Shown: piece by piece, positions 62,186 to 64,000 of the stretch
Layout: every line of letters begins with the position of its first letter
How positions within the stretch are numbered: position 1 is the stretch's first letter
DNA from: Octopus bimaculoides
Lineage: Eukaryota
Reading direction: 5' to 3'
Length of the DNA stretch: 64,000 nt
NCBI RefSeq assembly: GCF_001194135.2
Contig: NC_068984.1
Coordinates: 127,104,335-127,168,334 of the forward strand
Translations under genes and position numbers: made by a program
The notes under the pieces: generated by a model
What the model was told of the DNA's origin: nothing
What the model saw: the letters and a program-made list of their open reading frames with translations, nothing else
Database searches by the model: none

Positions 62186-63733
62186 CTACCTTAAGATTAT
62201 TACTAACAATAAAACATTGAAAACAAAACCAAAATATCACAGTCTGTTAGCACAAATTTATGAAAAATTGGGTTGTTTACTGTAGCCATATATAACCAAT
62301 ACCTGATATATGTGTTACATAATTTAATGACTACGTTACTTTTAAGAAACATTTTTTAATTATCTCCATGAAAAAAATTCTCCTAGAGAGATGAAAAGAA
62401 TTGCTAATAAACTTTCATCTGCTTGTCAGCTATTTGCAATGAATGGGTGATAACCCCCCGCCCCAAAGCAGTGACATGCCACCCTGATGGCCAATTGTGG
62501 CTGCATAAAACAACATAGCCAGAAATATGAGTTTTACACCTTGTATGGCGATTCTCTAGGCCAAAATATAAGCAACTATATTGTTGAGCTGAAAAATGAC
62601 AGAGCTGAAATGTGGTATACCTACAATGTAGTTTATTTGTGATAAATCTATAATTTCATACTTTATTCTAGTATACTGTCATAATATTGTATTTAGATGC
62701 ACAATATCACACATTTTCCTCGACAAATCCAACTTAAAATATTTTTCAATCTGCGTATGATGAAACATATTAGATTTATTTTTTTCCACAAAATATACTT
62801 GGAAAATAGGGATGCATCTCATGTTAGAGTACATTTTATATGCTAGTAAATACAATAATTGATTTTACAGTTGGGTTCCTTTTTTACTGCTAAGCAAGTC
62901 AACTGTGAAGTAAGGGTGAGTGGAACCTGTTATAGTTTTTCATCAAGTCAACTGAAATGGACATTACTGTATACATAACTCATGAGTGCAACCTTAGGGC
63001 CTTAATTAAGATTTGAGCTTATGCAACTCAGCACTTAAACCTTGAACCATAATGCCACAAGCTAATGAATGAGCCTCTATGTAGCTTCTCAGTCTACTAG
63101 AAATAGTAGCCAAATTTCTCTCAAACCGCAATTAAAAAAAAAACAGGACACATTGGATAATGCAGTCCTAAATACTTGTTTGCTTGTTTGCTTCATGCTT
63201 TTGATGGGACAGGAGTCATCTCAGATTAGTAGTCCCAAAGGTGTCATCATGTATAGAGCTGACCCACTCCACCAGTGATCCCCATTACAGGTAGTTCCAT
63301 GCCAGCCTGCCAAACAGTACTGTTTACCCCTTTCCCTTTCCCTACAAAGAAGATGCCAGTGCCCTCTTAAGCTTTGAATCACTAGGTCTGATAAGATGAT
63401 CCATAAATCAGAAACAAAAAAACAAATAAAATCAGTGACAGTTAAAAATCTGCTTAGAATTATTTACTAGCCTGTATGGTCTGGCTAAGTCAAAATGGTT
63501 TTTTGTATTCTTCCTTTCTACTTGGAGTGTTTAAATGTAGTTATAAAAATATGTCCTTCTGTTGAAATGTAATTTCAGTAAATTTCTATATCTTTGTGCA
63601 GCTGAGGATTGCACTGCATTTTATATTTGATGTAATGTTCACATTGCTTAATTAAACGGAGTTGCATGAAACGATTGTACTGCATTAACTTTGGATATCC
63701 TTGTTGCTTATTTTGACTATATATATATATATA

Positions 63734-63903
63734 TACACTCTCTGAGTGGTTGGCGTTAGGAAGGGCATCCAGCTGTAGAAACTCTGCCAAATCAGACTGG
63801 AGCCTGGTGTTGCCATCCGGTTTCACCAGTCCTCAGTCAAATCGTCCAACCCATGCTAGCATGGAAAGCGGACGTTAAACGATGATGATGATGATGATGA
63901 TGA
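63734..63903 (+). mobile_element. Very short 5'-truncated RTE insertion (3'UTR end plus (GAT)n)
   Basis: About 160 nt appear identical to 42671-42830 by eye. The insertion sits between (AT)n runs. Confidence 0.92.
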
Positions 63904-64000
63904 TATATATATAGTGTAGTATATTGCCACTTAAGTGTGGTTGAACCCTAGGGGTGGATGTTACTGTTGCTTTTAGCCCCAGGAGGACATCTCCTCCAGC

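Overview
AT-rich, microsatellite- and transposon-dense animal genomic DNA with ten assembly gaps. The SINE families, RTE LINE tails and (AT)n/(AC)n/(GAT)n load point to a cephalopod, probably Octopus (inference, not verified). Nearly all ORFs in the supplied track are microsatellite, gap or antisense artefacts. The best host-gene signal is a minus-strand multi-exon gene. Its strongest exons (31610-31798, 28867-29109 and a stop-containing 25877-26056) are phase-compatible, and weaker candidates run up to about 62 kb. It encodes an unrecognised protein with a disordered C-terminus carrying TQT-type motifs. The rest is a fossil record of mobile elements: tRNA-derived SINEs, young RTE 3' ends with a variable tandem-repeat 3'UTR, Jockey/CR1 and RTE RT fossils, Tc1 and DD37D (maT) transposase fossils, a Penelope-like RT/GIY-YIG fragment, hAT and piggyBac MITEs, several fold-back hairpins, and a clean 422-bp solo LTR with a 4-bp TSD. 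The most unusual object is at 43037-43520: a palindromic element in which a Pol III tRNA-like head is joined to a Penelope-type minimal hammerhead ribozyme motif, present in both inverted arms.
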